64,000 nt of DNA from Eubacteriales bacterium (GCA_045544955.1 JAZPZY010000005.1:35571-99570); one strand, 5' to 3'; positions 18,185 to 26,224 are shown, counted from the stretch's first letter. The notes: a model not told the origin generated them from the letters alone. Translations and numbers: made by a program.

Positions 18185-19995
18185 CACGCAGTCACCTCCG
18201 TGCTTTCCACGCAATGCTCCGGCAGATTGGCTCTCACCAACGCCGCCGGCACAGGCGGGGTGACAGCATTTCCGCACCTGGCAACCTGTTTCGACTTCGG
18301 ATACGGCTTCCCTTCGTAATCTATATCGATGATGTAATCATCCGGGAATCCCTGGGCGTTGAACAGTTCTCGAGGCTGCAGCATACGCATCCGAATATCC
18401 GTAATTATGTATTCCTCGCCATGGATCGTCACAAGAGCAAAGCGATCTTTCGTGGTTACAGTATCAAGCGGTTCATGGACGGATTTTGCCGCACCACTTG
18501 AAAAATACTTCACAAGAAATGCTTCCACTTCTGCGTGGTGTGCTCCGCTGCACGAGACGGTAGACAACGGCTCGTCTGCCGGTTGCCCGTCCATGTTGTT
18601 TCTAAGAGTCAGAATGTGTGCCGTTACCAGACTGTTGTGGTCTTTTGCCGTAATCGTATCGAGCGGAGCATAAACATCACTGCCGGCTCCTTTATAGTTT
18701 CCGGCGTAATTCTTCATAATATGTGCGACTGAAAGTGCGTATCGATTCGATGTATCCTGTGTCATAAGCGGCTCATCAAGTTCTTGCCCTCTGACCTCAT
18801 CCTTTGCCGTCTCAGAATGATACTGGATCAACGTCGGGGCTACCATACCAAATCGGGTAGCTCCCGCCATCACAGTATCTATCGGTCGGTCTATCTCTTG
18901 CCCTTTGCTGTTCTGATTGAATGTTGTAATGATGGGCGTTATAAGGTAATTCCTGTTTCCTGTCGTCACCGTCGGCAGAGGAGAGTCCGCACTGGCCCCT
19001 GTGTTGTTCGTGTTGTTGCACATGATTGTCGGAACCACCACTCCGTACCCGTGCTTTGCAGTTACAGTCTGCAGCGGTTCGTCTATCTTCTGTCCTCGGA
19101 ATCTATCTCCTGCGTGATTCACAGACACAATGAACGGTTCCGGATTCTCAATGACGAACTTTTGGATCCCACGGGCAATTCGCCTCAAGGTATTTTCCGC
19201 CAGTGGTTTTTCTCGTTCAAAGATGCTTTGTGCCGGTATACTCCAGTCAATGCAATCCGCTGCTGTACGGTATGGGAGCAGGCGGCCCTCCCTCACTCCA
19301 CTTGATCCCCGTTTTCCGTGCGTCGGCTTCGGCCATACTATTTGCTTTCCGTCACACCGACCAATCATATAGAATCTTGTACGCGTCGTCGGTGCTCCGT
19401 AATCGCAGGACTTCAGCACCCGGAAATCGATCACGTACCCAAGCCCGTTCTGCAAATCATACGCCATAGGAGAGTCGATTGCTATTCCGAGTGCATCACA
19501 CATCTCACGAAAGGCAGGGTGATCCGCCGGGATCCCGGTTGTCAGTGCAAGAACAAACCCGGCGAACGTCTCGCCGGCACGCTCTTTGATTGGCTTGTTA
19601 TCTTCTCCCAGAGGGCCCCACGTCTGTATTTCCGGTACGTTCTCCAACATAATCACACGTGGGCGAACAGCGTATGCCCATTTGACCGCAACCCACGCAA
19701 GCCCTCGTATGTTTTTGTCCATAGGCTTACCGCCCTTCGCGCGGGAAAAATGCTTGCAATCCGGGCTAAACCACGCAAGAGCCACGGGCTTTCCGGCGCA
19801 GGCTTCCACGGGATCCACCTGCCAAACGTCCTCACAGTAGTGCTTAGTACTCGGGTGATTTGCTTTGTGCATGGCAATCGCGTCCGGATCATGGTTGATC
19901 GCAATGTCAACGCTTCTGCCAATAGCCAACTCAATGCCAGTGGAAGCACCGCCGCCGCCGGCAAAATTATCGACGAATAGTTCGCGTCCATTCAA
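18184..19995 (-). CDS. DNA cytosine-5 methyltransferase with expanded repeat-containing target-recognition region
   Basis: Motif I DNFAGGGG, motif IV FSPDCKHFS, motif VI MLENVPE, motif VIII TTRTRFYMIG, motif IX RMLQPRELFNAQGFPDDY, motif X CGNAVTPPV. About 330 aa lie between motifs VIII and IX. Confidence 0.85.
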   Translation of the reverse strand: MNGRELFVDNFAGGGGASTGIELAIGRSVDIAINHDPDAIAMHKANHPSTKHYCEDVWQVDPVEACAGKPVALAWFSPDCKHFSRAKGGKPMDKNIRGLAWVAVKWAYAVRPRVIMLENVPEIQTWGPLGEDNKPIKERAGETFAGFVLALTTGIPADHPAFREMCDALGIAIDSPMAYDLQNGLGYVIDFRVLKSCDYGAPTTRTRFYMIGRCDGKQIVWPKPTHGKRGSSGVREGRLLPYRTAADCIDWSIPAQSIFEREKPLAENTLRRIARGIQKFVIENPEPFIVSVNHAGDRFRGQKIDEPLQTVTAKHGYGVVVPTIMCNNTNNTGASADSPLPTVTTGNRNYLITPIITTFNQNSKGQEIDRPIDTVMAGATRFGMVAPTLIQYHSETAKDEVRGQELDEPLMTQDTSNRYALSVAHIMKNYAGNYKGAGSDVYAPLDTITAKDHNSLVTAHILTLRNNMDGQPADEPLSTVSCSGAHHAEVEAFLVKYFSSGAAKSVHEPLDTVTTKDRFALVTIHGEEYIITDIRMRMLQPRELFNAQGFPDDYIIDIDYEGKPYPKSKQVARCGNAVTPPVPAALVRANLPEHCVESTEVTA

Positions 19996-20315
19996 TTTCC
20001 TGTACCTCCGCCCAAAAGGTCTATCTGCCCATCCGGACCGCCACGGTACCGCCAGCGTTTCTCTCGCGGCTCTTCTTTTTTCGGCGGTACGGGCTTCTTC
20101 TCTGGCTTATACGATACGTCCGCCGCACGAACGATCATGCCCTTGCATGCATACTTCGCCGGCGTGCCTTCCCAGGAATACAGTTTCCACGAATCTCTTT
20201 TTGGGTCATAGTACCCCCAGTAATACACAAATACATCCACGTCTGGGTGAGCGACGATTTTGCACCTCTCTCGCCCCGGCTTTCCGTGCTGTACCTCGTA
20301 TGGTTTCTTTTTCAT
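19992..20315 (-). CDS. Hypothetical phage protein
   Basis: Start at MKKKPYEV (ATGA overlap with the upstream stop). The ORF extension to 20513 is Arg-rich and overlaps the upstream gene. Confidence 0.4.
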   Translation of the reverse strand: MKKKPYEVQHGKPGRERCKIVAHPDVDVFVYYWGYYDPKRDSWKLYSWEGTPAKYACKGMIVRAADVSYKPEKKPVPPKKEEPREKRWRYRGGPDGQIDLLGGGTGN

Positions 20316-20617
20316 CTCCGCCCCTCCAGCAGCTGCCGGATCGTCTCCGGCTGAATGACGCCGTACCGTTTTGGGGTGCGGCATTCTCTGATGAAACGCA
20401 CGGCACCCCACACGAGAGCGGCAAAGCAGGCGGCGAGCTGCAATGTGAAGAACACCGCCAGTGCCACGCCCCCGCCTGTCAGCTGAAGTCCGCCCAGCAG
20501 GGCGAAGAAGCACAGCCCGGCTTTGATATCCACCACCAGCACCGCCGGCAGTATGTACCCCGCCGCCGTTTCCAGGACGTCCCTTGACAAAATCTTTCGA
20601 ATCTGATATAATTTCAT
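20312..20617 (-). CDS. Small membrane protein
   Basis: 101 aa with two or three hydrophobic helices (ILPAVLVVDIKAGLCFFALLGGL, VALAVFFTLQLAACFAALVWGAV). Confidence 0.45.
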   Translation of the reverse strand: MKLYQIRKILSRDVLETAAGYILPAVLVVDIKAGLCFFALLGGLQLTGGGVALAVFFTLQLAACFAALVWGAVRFIRECRTPKRYGVIQPETIRQLLEGRR

Positions 20618-21060
20618 TGGGTTATTACCTTTGCGTCCGCGTGTGTGCCAGCACCGTGGGCGCTTTCTTTTTCCTTTCTTTCGTTTATTTTCCTGGTATC
20701 GTTGTAGAGGTCGTCCCCCTCAATGACGATCTCTATCCCTCTGTCAGCAAGCTCCGCCAGCATATTATCAGCTGCCTTGTCTACGCCGTCTGGATCGATT
20801 TCGCCCTTTCTGTATACGTCCTCGGAGACACCGGTGATTATCTCCACAGCACCTTCTACCACCCGCTGGCATCGCTTGGAACCAAATCCGTACTGGTCAG
20901 ACAAAGCAAGGCATACTGCATATACCATTCGCCGTGTGAGTATCCATTTCAGCTTTTTGGAATACGCATCCAACTCCTGAGCGATGTACTCCCGTGCTGC
21001 ACGTTCCAGCTCACCTCTCTGTGCCGCCGGCAGATTGTGCGGCCGTATCTTTACCTTCAC
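20614..21060 (-). CDS. Hypothetical phage protein
   Basis: 148-aa ORF in the early operon. Confidence 0.4.
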   Translation of the reverse strand: MKVKIRPHNLPAAQRGELERAAREYIAQELDAYSKKLKWILTRRMVYAVCLALSDQYGFGSKRCQRVVEGAVEIITGVSEDVYRKGEIDPDGVDKAADNMLAELADRGIEIVIEGDDLYNDTRKINERKEKESAHGAGTHADAKVITQ

Positions 21061-21329
21061 AGCGAATCCCCGACCTTTCCGGTTTTCATCTGCGTGATTT
21101 CACTCAACATAACAAGCAGTTTCAGTTCTTTGTCTCCTTCCACAACGGTATTGATGGTTTTCGTCGCAGTCAGCACCGCCTCTGCTATCTCAGTTTTCGT
21201 GCACTGCGTTAAGAAGATTCCGTGTACCTCTCCCTTTCCGGCGCCGATTGCTCCAACAATGGCATTCGTATCGAAAACCTTCATCACCTTTCCGGTTTCG
21301 TTGTCCTTGATCGTAATATTGTACTTCAT
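21057..21329 (-). CDS. Hypothetical phage protein
   Basis: 90-aa ORF in the early operon. Confidence 0.4.
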   Translation of the reverse strand: MKYNITIKDNETGKVMKVFDTNAIVGAIGAGKGEVHGIFLTQCTKTEIAEAVLTATKTINTVVEGDKELKLLVMLSEITQMKTGKVGDSL

Positions 21330-21332
21330 GGT

Positions 21333-21665
21333 TTAATCTCCTTTTACATATTTCTTTTGGTTCATCCCGAGTGTATACACCCGCGTTTTAACTGCATACC
21401 TGCTTCTGGCGATTCTTTCCGCGATCGCCGTGTAGCTTGCTCCCGCCGACAGCATGTCCACGAGAATCGCATCCTGCTCCGCCGTCCACCGCGGAGCCTT
21501 TTTCTTTCCGGCTCTCTGCCCTTTCGTCAGCATGTCCACCCCGTTCCGCTTAAGGATCTCCACGATCACGTCCCGGGTAACGCCGTTCAGTTCGGCAAGC
21601 ACTCTGATCTCTTTCGGCGGAGACTTCGCCTGACGGTACAGCGTCACGATGTCCCCGTCACTCAT
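21333..21665 (-). CDS. Two-HTH phage regulator, GcrA/Myb-like C-terminal motif (paralog 1)
   Basis: MSDGDIVTLYRQAKSPPKEIRVLAELNGVTRDVIVEILKRNG plus WTAEQDAILVDMLSAGASYTAIAERIARSRYAVKTRVYTLG. ATGA overlap start. Confidence 0.5.
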   Translation of the reverse strand: MSDGDIVTLYRQAKSPPKEIRVLAELNGVTRDVIVEILKRNGVDMLTKGQRAGKKKAPRWTAEQDAILVDMLSAGASYTAIAERIARSRYAVKTRVYTLGMNQKKYVKGD

Positions 21666-21669
21666 CCAC
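21545..21669. repeat. Direct DNA repeat, copy A (~125 bp, ~88% identical to 22120-22244)
   Basis: atctccacgatcacgtcccgggtaacgccgttcag...gatgtccccgtcactcatcca is shared by both copies. Confidence 0.8.
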
Positions 21670-22255
21670 ACTTTGTTCTCTCCTTTTCTTGCAAGCATAT
21701 ATCCATATTACCGATTGAACTTTTCAGACATACGCCGTGTTCGGTTACTTCAACGGCGGCAAACTCTGGTTGACCAATTTCACGTACGATCGCAGCGAAC
21801 ATATCAGCAATCCTTACAAGTTTACCTGCAACATCTGATGCAGATGCCGTGCTCTGTTTCGCGACCTCTTCCTTATCCACTTCTTCTGCAATTTTCTTTC
21901 CTTCTTCGCGCAGTTTTTTAAGTTTCGATACAATCGCCGCTTTCGTTCTTCCAAGTTCTGCAGCGATTTGTTCTGCTGTAAGGCCGAGTTTCTTCTTATC
22001 AAGCATATACTTTACTTCATCTGGAGTCCATTCCGGTCCTCTCATTTTCTTCTTTGCCCCTTTCTCTTTGCTTTTTTCAAACGTTAAAGTATCTTTATAG
22101 TGCTTTAAAGTAATTCCATTTCGTTCAAGAATCTCCACGATCACGTCCCGGGTAACGCCGTTCAGCTCGGCAAGCACTCTAATCTCTTTCGGCGGAGACG
22201 CCGCCTGCCGGTACATCATTACGATGTCCCCGTCACTCATCCACGGCCGGCTCAT
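21662..22255 (-). CDS. Two-HTH phage regulator, GcrA/Myb-like motif (paralog 2, with extra C-terminal domain)
   Basis: MSDGDIVMMYRQAASPPKEIRVLAELNGVTRDVIVEILERNG plus WTPDEVKYMLDKKKLGLTAEQIAAELGRTKAAIVSKLKKL. Confidence 0.5.
   Translation of the reverse strand: MSRPWMSDGDIVMMYRQAASPPKEIRVLAELNGVTRDVIVEILERNGITLKHYKDTLTFEKSKEKGAKKKMRGPEWTPDEVKYMLDKKKLGLTAEQIAAELGRTKAAIVSKLKKLREEGKKIAEEVDKEEVAKQSTASASDVAGKLVRIADMFAAIVREIGQPEFAAVEVTEHGVCLKSSIGNMDICLQEKERTKCG
22120..22244. repeat. Direct DNA repeat, copy B
   Basis: See copy A. Encodes the duplicated N-terminal HTH domain. Confidence 0.8.
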
Positions 22256-22527
22256 GCTGTTCCCGATGCGATAGGTTTCTTCTCTACGTAATCCTTGCCG
22301 TCCAGCGTTGCCAGTTTCTCCGGATGCTTTTGAATGTACGCACTTGCCGCCCGGCTCATAGCCGCCGATGCCTTTTCCGCATATCCGTCCGGTAACCGGT
22401 CCACCGGTTTGCCATCGTAAAAGATTTGGTATGTAATCTTCTGATTCCGTCTTCCTGCCACATCGTTCACCACCTTTCTGTCAGTGTATGTTATGTTTGC
22501 ATATCGGTGCGTGTCCCTCTCCCGCAT
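22252..22527 (-). CDS. Hypothetical early protein (start uncertain)
   Basis: Start taken at the ATG overlapping the cro-like stop (TGATG). The ORF extension to 22644 overlaps the cro-like gene. Confidence 0.35.
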   Translation of the reverse strand: MRERDTHRYANITYTDRKVVNDVAGRRNQKITYQIFYDGKPVDRLPDGYAEKASAAMSRAASAYIQKHPEKLATLDGKDYVEKKPIASGTA

Positions 22528-22733
22528 CAGGCGGGAGTTTCTTTTTGTTCCGGCTGACGGAGCAATTCGTCCACCGTGCAGCCCAGCACGTCCGCCAGCT
22601 TCGGCAGAAGATCTGCCCTGGGTTTCACGGTTCCGTTCTCCCATTGAGAAACGGCACCTTGCGTAACACCAAGCTGCTTCGCTATGTCGGTCTGCGTAAG
22701 AGATCGCTTTTCACGAGCCTCACTAATTGTCAT
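22527..22733 (-). CDS. Cro-like XRE HTH repressor
   Basis: MTISEAREKRSLTQTDIAKQLGVTQGAVSQWENG. GGAGGT SD. First gene of the leftward early operon, divergent from cI. Confidence 0.8.
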   Translation of the reverse strand: MTISEAREKRSLTQTDIAKQLGVTQGAVSQWENGTVKPRADLLPKLADVLGCTVDELLRQPEQKETPA

Positions 22734-22770
22734 GTGCTACCTCCGTTATCATTTTAATAGTTGTGCTATT

Positions 22771-22799
22771 ATAATATCACACGCCAATATATTTGTCAA
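22771..22799 (-). promoter_or_regulatory. Leftward early promoter (cro side)
   Basis: Minus strand: TTGACA (22794-22799), 17 nt spacer, TATTAT (22771-22776) with an upstream TG. Confidence 0.6.
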
Positions 22800-22831
22800 T
22801 AGTATTTCTAATATTTTTTTCATAAAAAACA

Positions 22832-22860
22832 TTGAAATATATTAGTTATTCTAATATAAT
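22832..22860 (+). promoter_or_regulatory. Rightward lysogenic promoter (cI side)
   Basis: TTGAAA (22832-22837), 17 nt spacer, TATAAT (22855-22860). GTGAGGTGA SD before the ATG at 22880. Confidence 0.6.
22839..22857. promoter_or_regulatory. Candidate operator palindrome ATATTAG-n5-CTAATAT
   Basis: Perfect 7-bp inverted repeat overlapping the cI promoter spacer and -10. A half-site TTCTAATAT recurs at 22806-22814. Confidence 0.45.
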
Positions 22861-22879
22861 ATATTTGTGAGGTGATTTT

Positions 22880-23500
22880 ATGAACAGAATACAAGAACTT
22901 CGCAAAGGCTTGGGATACTCTCAACAGAAACTTGCGAAATGCTTAAACGTACATCAAACTGCGATTTCTCAATGGGAAACCGGCCGGACAAGCCCCGATA
23001 TTGACGTGGCAACCGTTATGTCTCAATTATTCGGCGTCTCTTTGGAATATTTGCTCGGCATCTCCGATGAAGGCAATGTATCCACCCCCGCCGTCGCAAA
23101 CATTCTCCCTCTCCCGGAGACGTACGAGATTCCGCTGCTGGGCGACATCGCCTGCGGTACGCCTATTCTCGCCACGGAGAACGTGGAGCAGATGGTCACT
23201 GTTCCCTCTCACATCACCGCCGATTTCTGCCTCCGCTGCAAAGGTGACAGCATGATCGGTGCCCGGATCTACGACGGCGATCTGGTGTACATCAAGCAGC
23301 AGGACGACGTGGACGACGGCCAGATCGCGGCGGTACTCGTAGACGACGAAGCCACGCTAAAGCGGGTGTACCGTGACGGCGACAGCATGATCCTGCAAGC
23401 CGAGAACCCGGCGATCAAGCCGCAGATATACACGGCCAAGGACGCCAAGAACATCCGGATCATCGGATTGGCTGTTGCATTTTTGAGTAAGGTAAGGTGA
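22880..23500 (+). CDS. cI/LexA-like repressor (XRE HTH + S24 peptidase)
   Basis: N-terminal HTH LGYSQQKLAKCLNVHQTAISQWETG. C-terminal S24 motifs CKGDSMIGARI (Ser) and ATLKRV (Lys). Confidence 0.85.
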   Translation: MNRIQELRKGLGYSQQKLAKCLNVHQTAISQWETGRTSPDIDVATVMSQLFGVSLEYLLGISDEGNVSTPAVANILPLPETYEIPLLGDIACGTPILATENVEQMVTVPSHITADFCLRCKGDSMIGARIYDGDLVYIKQQDDVDDGQIAAVLVDDEATLKRVYRDGDSMILQAENPAIKPQIYTAKDAKNIRIIGLAVAFLSKVR

Positions 23501-23509
23501 GAGTGTTGC

Positions 23510-24595
23510 ATGCGATGGGCAATACTGATAATTATTATTTTATTGATTCTTAATTCACTCGATTTTAATCAAATCGGCGACGGTGCAGCTCTTATCATTA
23601 TCTTACTGTTTCTATTGATTCCTTTTGTTCTCTACCTAATCTCCAAAAAGTACGTAAAAAAGAATCCCAATTCAATGGCATCACGCCCTAAGGAAGACTA
23701 TAGCGAGCCCACACATATAGAACAAACTGTATCTCGTTACAATCGATACACTGACGAGGACGACGATTACAAATACTGCCCCGATTGTTTTTTGAAAAAC
23801 CCGGACGATCGCTGGTACTGCATAGAATGCGGTCACGCTTTTGCTGAAGGCGAACCGACCGTGACTTCTCACGAACACCCTTTCGAATACAGTTACTGGC
23901 TTTCGCCCAAATTCCGAACGAAACATCAACGCACCCGGTTTCGGCGGGCATCTCAAATTCAAATGAAGTCACACACGCCTGATTTTTACCATGCCACTGT
24001 GTATTCTTCTGATCGCTCCTCCCTTTACGAAGTCACCCCAGAAGAGTGTTCGTGTCAAGATTTTTTCAAGCGTGGACTGCCATGCAAGCACATGTATGCG
24101 GTAATGATAGAGGCAAATGTTTTATCTTCGATTGCTTCTCTCTACAATCTGCCGCGTAACATCTCCGCTCGTATTGACAATTTGCATGACATCTCAAAAG
24201 ATTCCGCCCGTGAATTTGCTTTGTTTCTCCGATACAAGCGTTTTAATTCCAACAGCGTGATCGTAGATCGTTCAAATGACGTTTTTGCACATCTCCCGAA
24301 TATCGTATCTTCTTCTCTTATAGAAATAAATTTCTCCACTACCGATCTGATTGCATATGTTGAAAAAACATACACCGTCGATGAGTTCCGGGAAGTCTGT
24401 TCAGCCGTTGCACCGGAATTGGAACTTCCTAAACTGAAAAAGCATGATTTGATAGAGTTTGCTCTTTCGCAAAAACTTGAATTATCCGAATATTTCTCAA
24501 ATTTAGTTTACTTTGTTCGCATTCCGGATGATGTTTTCACCCACCGAAGAGATATTTTCGATTATTATTTTGAAGAACACCCGGATGCGGTTTGA
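23510..24595 (+). CDS. Membrane-anchored zinc-ribbon + SWIM zinc-finger protein (lysogeny-module moron)
   Basis: Two N-terminal TM helices (WAILIIIILLILN, ALIIILLFLLIPFVLYLI). CPDC...CIECGH zinc ribbon. SWIM CSCQDFFKRGLPCKHMY. C-terminal segment with an HeH/SAP-like LPKLKKHDLIEFAL. Clearly more AT-rich than its neighbours. Confidence 0.7.
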   Translation: MRWAILIIIILLILNSLDFNQIGDGAALIIILLFLLIPFVLYLISKKYVKKNPNSMASRPKEDYSEPTHIEQTVSRYNRYTDEDDDYKYCPDCFLKNPDDRWYCIECGHAFAEGEPTVTSHEHPFEYSYWLSPKFRTKHQRTRFRRASQIQMKSHTPDFYHATVYSSDRSSLYEVTPEECSCQDFFKRGLPCKHMYAVMIEANVLSSIASLYNLPRNISARIDNLHDISKDSAREFALFLRYKRFNSNSVIVDRSNDVFAHLPNIVSSSLIEINFSTTDLIAYVEKTYTVDEFREVCSAVAPELELPKLKKHDLIEFALSQKLELSEYFSNLVYFVRIPDDVFTHRRDIFDYYFEEHPDAV

Positions 24596-24654
24596 CTATT
24601 TGCATACCTTTTTGTTCGCTGTTCCATTTTACCCCCCAAAAAAAGGAGGACACC

Positions 24655-26106
24655 ATGGACATAACCGCCCCAAAAATCGCCGCCGCGTACCTCCGTGTAT
24701 CCGACGAGCGGCAAGACGAATTCTCCCCGGACAGCCAACTGAAGCGCATCCGCGAATACTGTGACGCCAACGGCTACGAGCTGCCAAAGGAATATATCTT
24801 CTACGATGACGGCATCAGCGGCAAATCTGTGAAACGCCGCGATCAATTTCGGGATCTTATCGCCCTGGCTAAAGACAAGGAGCATCCCATCGATGCGATC
24901 CTGGTATGGAAGTTTTCCCGATTTGCACGAAATCAAGAAGAAAGCATCGTATACAAGTCCCTCCTCCAAAAGATCGGCGTGACCGTCGTCTCCATCTCTG
25001 AGCCGCTTCCGGAAGGCCCGTTCGGCAGTCTGGTGGAACGTATCATCGAATGGATGGACGAATACTATCTTATCCGCCTGTCCGGCGAGGTAAGACGCGG
25101 TATGCTGGAGAAGGCATCCCGCGGAAAGCCTGTCACCGCTCCGGCGTTCGGTTACGATCTGCGGGACGATACGTATTACCCGAATGAGGACGCCGACACG
25201 GTGCGTGCCGTTTTCTCCGCTTTCATCGCTGGGGATGGTATGCGGGAAATTGCCGTTCGTCTGGGTAATGCCGGCGTCCGCACACGCTTCGGAAACGTGC
25301 CTGACAACCGCTGGATCGAATACATGCTGAACAATCCGGTGTATATCGGAAAGATCCGCTGGTCAACAGAGGGCCGTACCGTTTCCAGGCGGCAATACGA
25401 TGACCCGAACACGATCATTTTTGATGGACAACACGAGCCGATCATCACAGAGGACGTTTGGAACGCCGCCCAGGCACTTTTGCTGCAGCGGAAGACAAAG
25501 TACGCCAAGCATGCCAAACGTGAGCAGAAGCCGTCCACGTTCCCTCTCCGCAGTCTATTCCGATGCAGTGCCTGTGGAGCTACGCTTGTCCAGAACCAAA
25601 CGAAAAGCCCGTCTCTGCAATGCCACAACTACTCCCGCGGCACATGCACGATCTCTCACAGCATCACGCAGAAAAAAGCAGAGGCCGCACTCAGTGAGGC
25701 ACTGGAGGAGTCTATCCGCACCCTCACTTTCCACGTGACGCCCAAACCGGAACTTCTCTCCTCTCCCGATAATCTGGATATAGAAAAGAGCATCGCCGCA
25801 GAGCAGAGACGTCTGCAGCGTGCCAAAGATGCGTATCAGAACGGCGTCGATACACTGGAAGAATACGCAGAAAATAAAAAAAGGATCACGAAACGCATTC
25901 GTGATCTTGAATCTCAATTAAAACCGGTTCAGCCGGTGTCTGTTCCCGCAGAAGCCTACGCCACCCGTGTCGCCGACGCTCTAAACCTTCTTCGTGATCC
26001 GGACGCTGACCCCGGCATGAAAAACAGTGTATTGCTTGAGGTTTTGGAGAAAGTGGTCTTCCATGCGGATACCCGCCAGATAGACATATATTTCCGCCCT
26101 CTGTGA
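24655..26106 (+). CDS. Large serine recombinase (prophage integrase)
   Basis: AGGAGGA SD. AAAYLRVSDERQDEFSPDSQ catalytic Ser motif, recombinase domain, zinc ribbon CSACGATL...CHNYSRGTC, coiled-coil tail. 483 aa. Confidence 0.9.
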   Translation: MDITAPKIAAAYLRVSDERQDEFSPDSQLKRIREYCDANGYELPKEYIFYDDGISGKSVKRRDQFRDLIALAKDKEHPIDAILVWKFSRFARNQEESIVYKSLLQKIGVTVVSISEPLPEGPFGSLVERIIEWMDEYYLIRLSGEVRRGMLEKASRGKPVTAPAFGYDLRDDTYYPNEDADTVRAVFSAFIAGDGMREIAVRLGNAGVRTRFGNVPDNRWIEYMLNNPVYIGKIRWSTEGRTVSRRQYDDPNTIIFDGQHEPIITEDVWNAAQALLLQRKTKYAKHAKREQKPSTFPLRSLFRCSACGATLVQNQTKSPSLQCHNYSRGTCTISHSITQKKAEAALSEALEESIRTLTFHVTPKPELLSSPDNLDIEKSIAAEQRRLQRAKDAYQNGVDTLEEYAENKKRITKRIRDLESQLKPVQPVSVPAEAYATRVADALNLLRDPDADPGMKNSVLLEVLEKVVFHADTRQIDIYFRPL

Positions 26107-26110
26107 ATCA

Positions 26111-26221
26111 TCAGCAAAAGCCATCCGGACCGCCAAGTTGACTGACAATGATCTGTGCGTACTTGGGATTCGGGTTTTTAATTTTTACGGGGAACTGCAA
26201 TTCTTTTCTATACACCCACAT
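26111..26221 (-). pseudogene. cotJC: cotJC 5' fragment (34 native codons), truncated by the prophage junction
   Basis: GGAGGG SD. ATG at 26221, 3 nt after the cotJB stop. MWVYRKELQFPVKIKNPNPKYAQIIVSQLGGPDG then FC-stop. Compare B. subtilis CotJC MWVYEKKLQYPVKV...EQYGGADGEL (from memory). Confidence 0.8.
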
Positions 26222-26224
26222 ATC

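Larger units (their letters stand above)
1..26113. mobile_element. Temperate contractile-tailed prophage, right-hand part (continues beyond left window edge); right junction lies inside cotJC
   Basis: Contiguous phage modules: tail 1-5501, head/packaging 5502-12046, cos-like region, early/replication/modification genes 12405-22733, divergent cro/cI switch, moron, large serine recombinase ending 26106. The host cotJC reading frame breaks at about 26111-26122. Confidence 0.85.
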
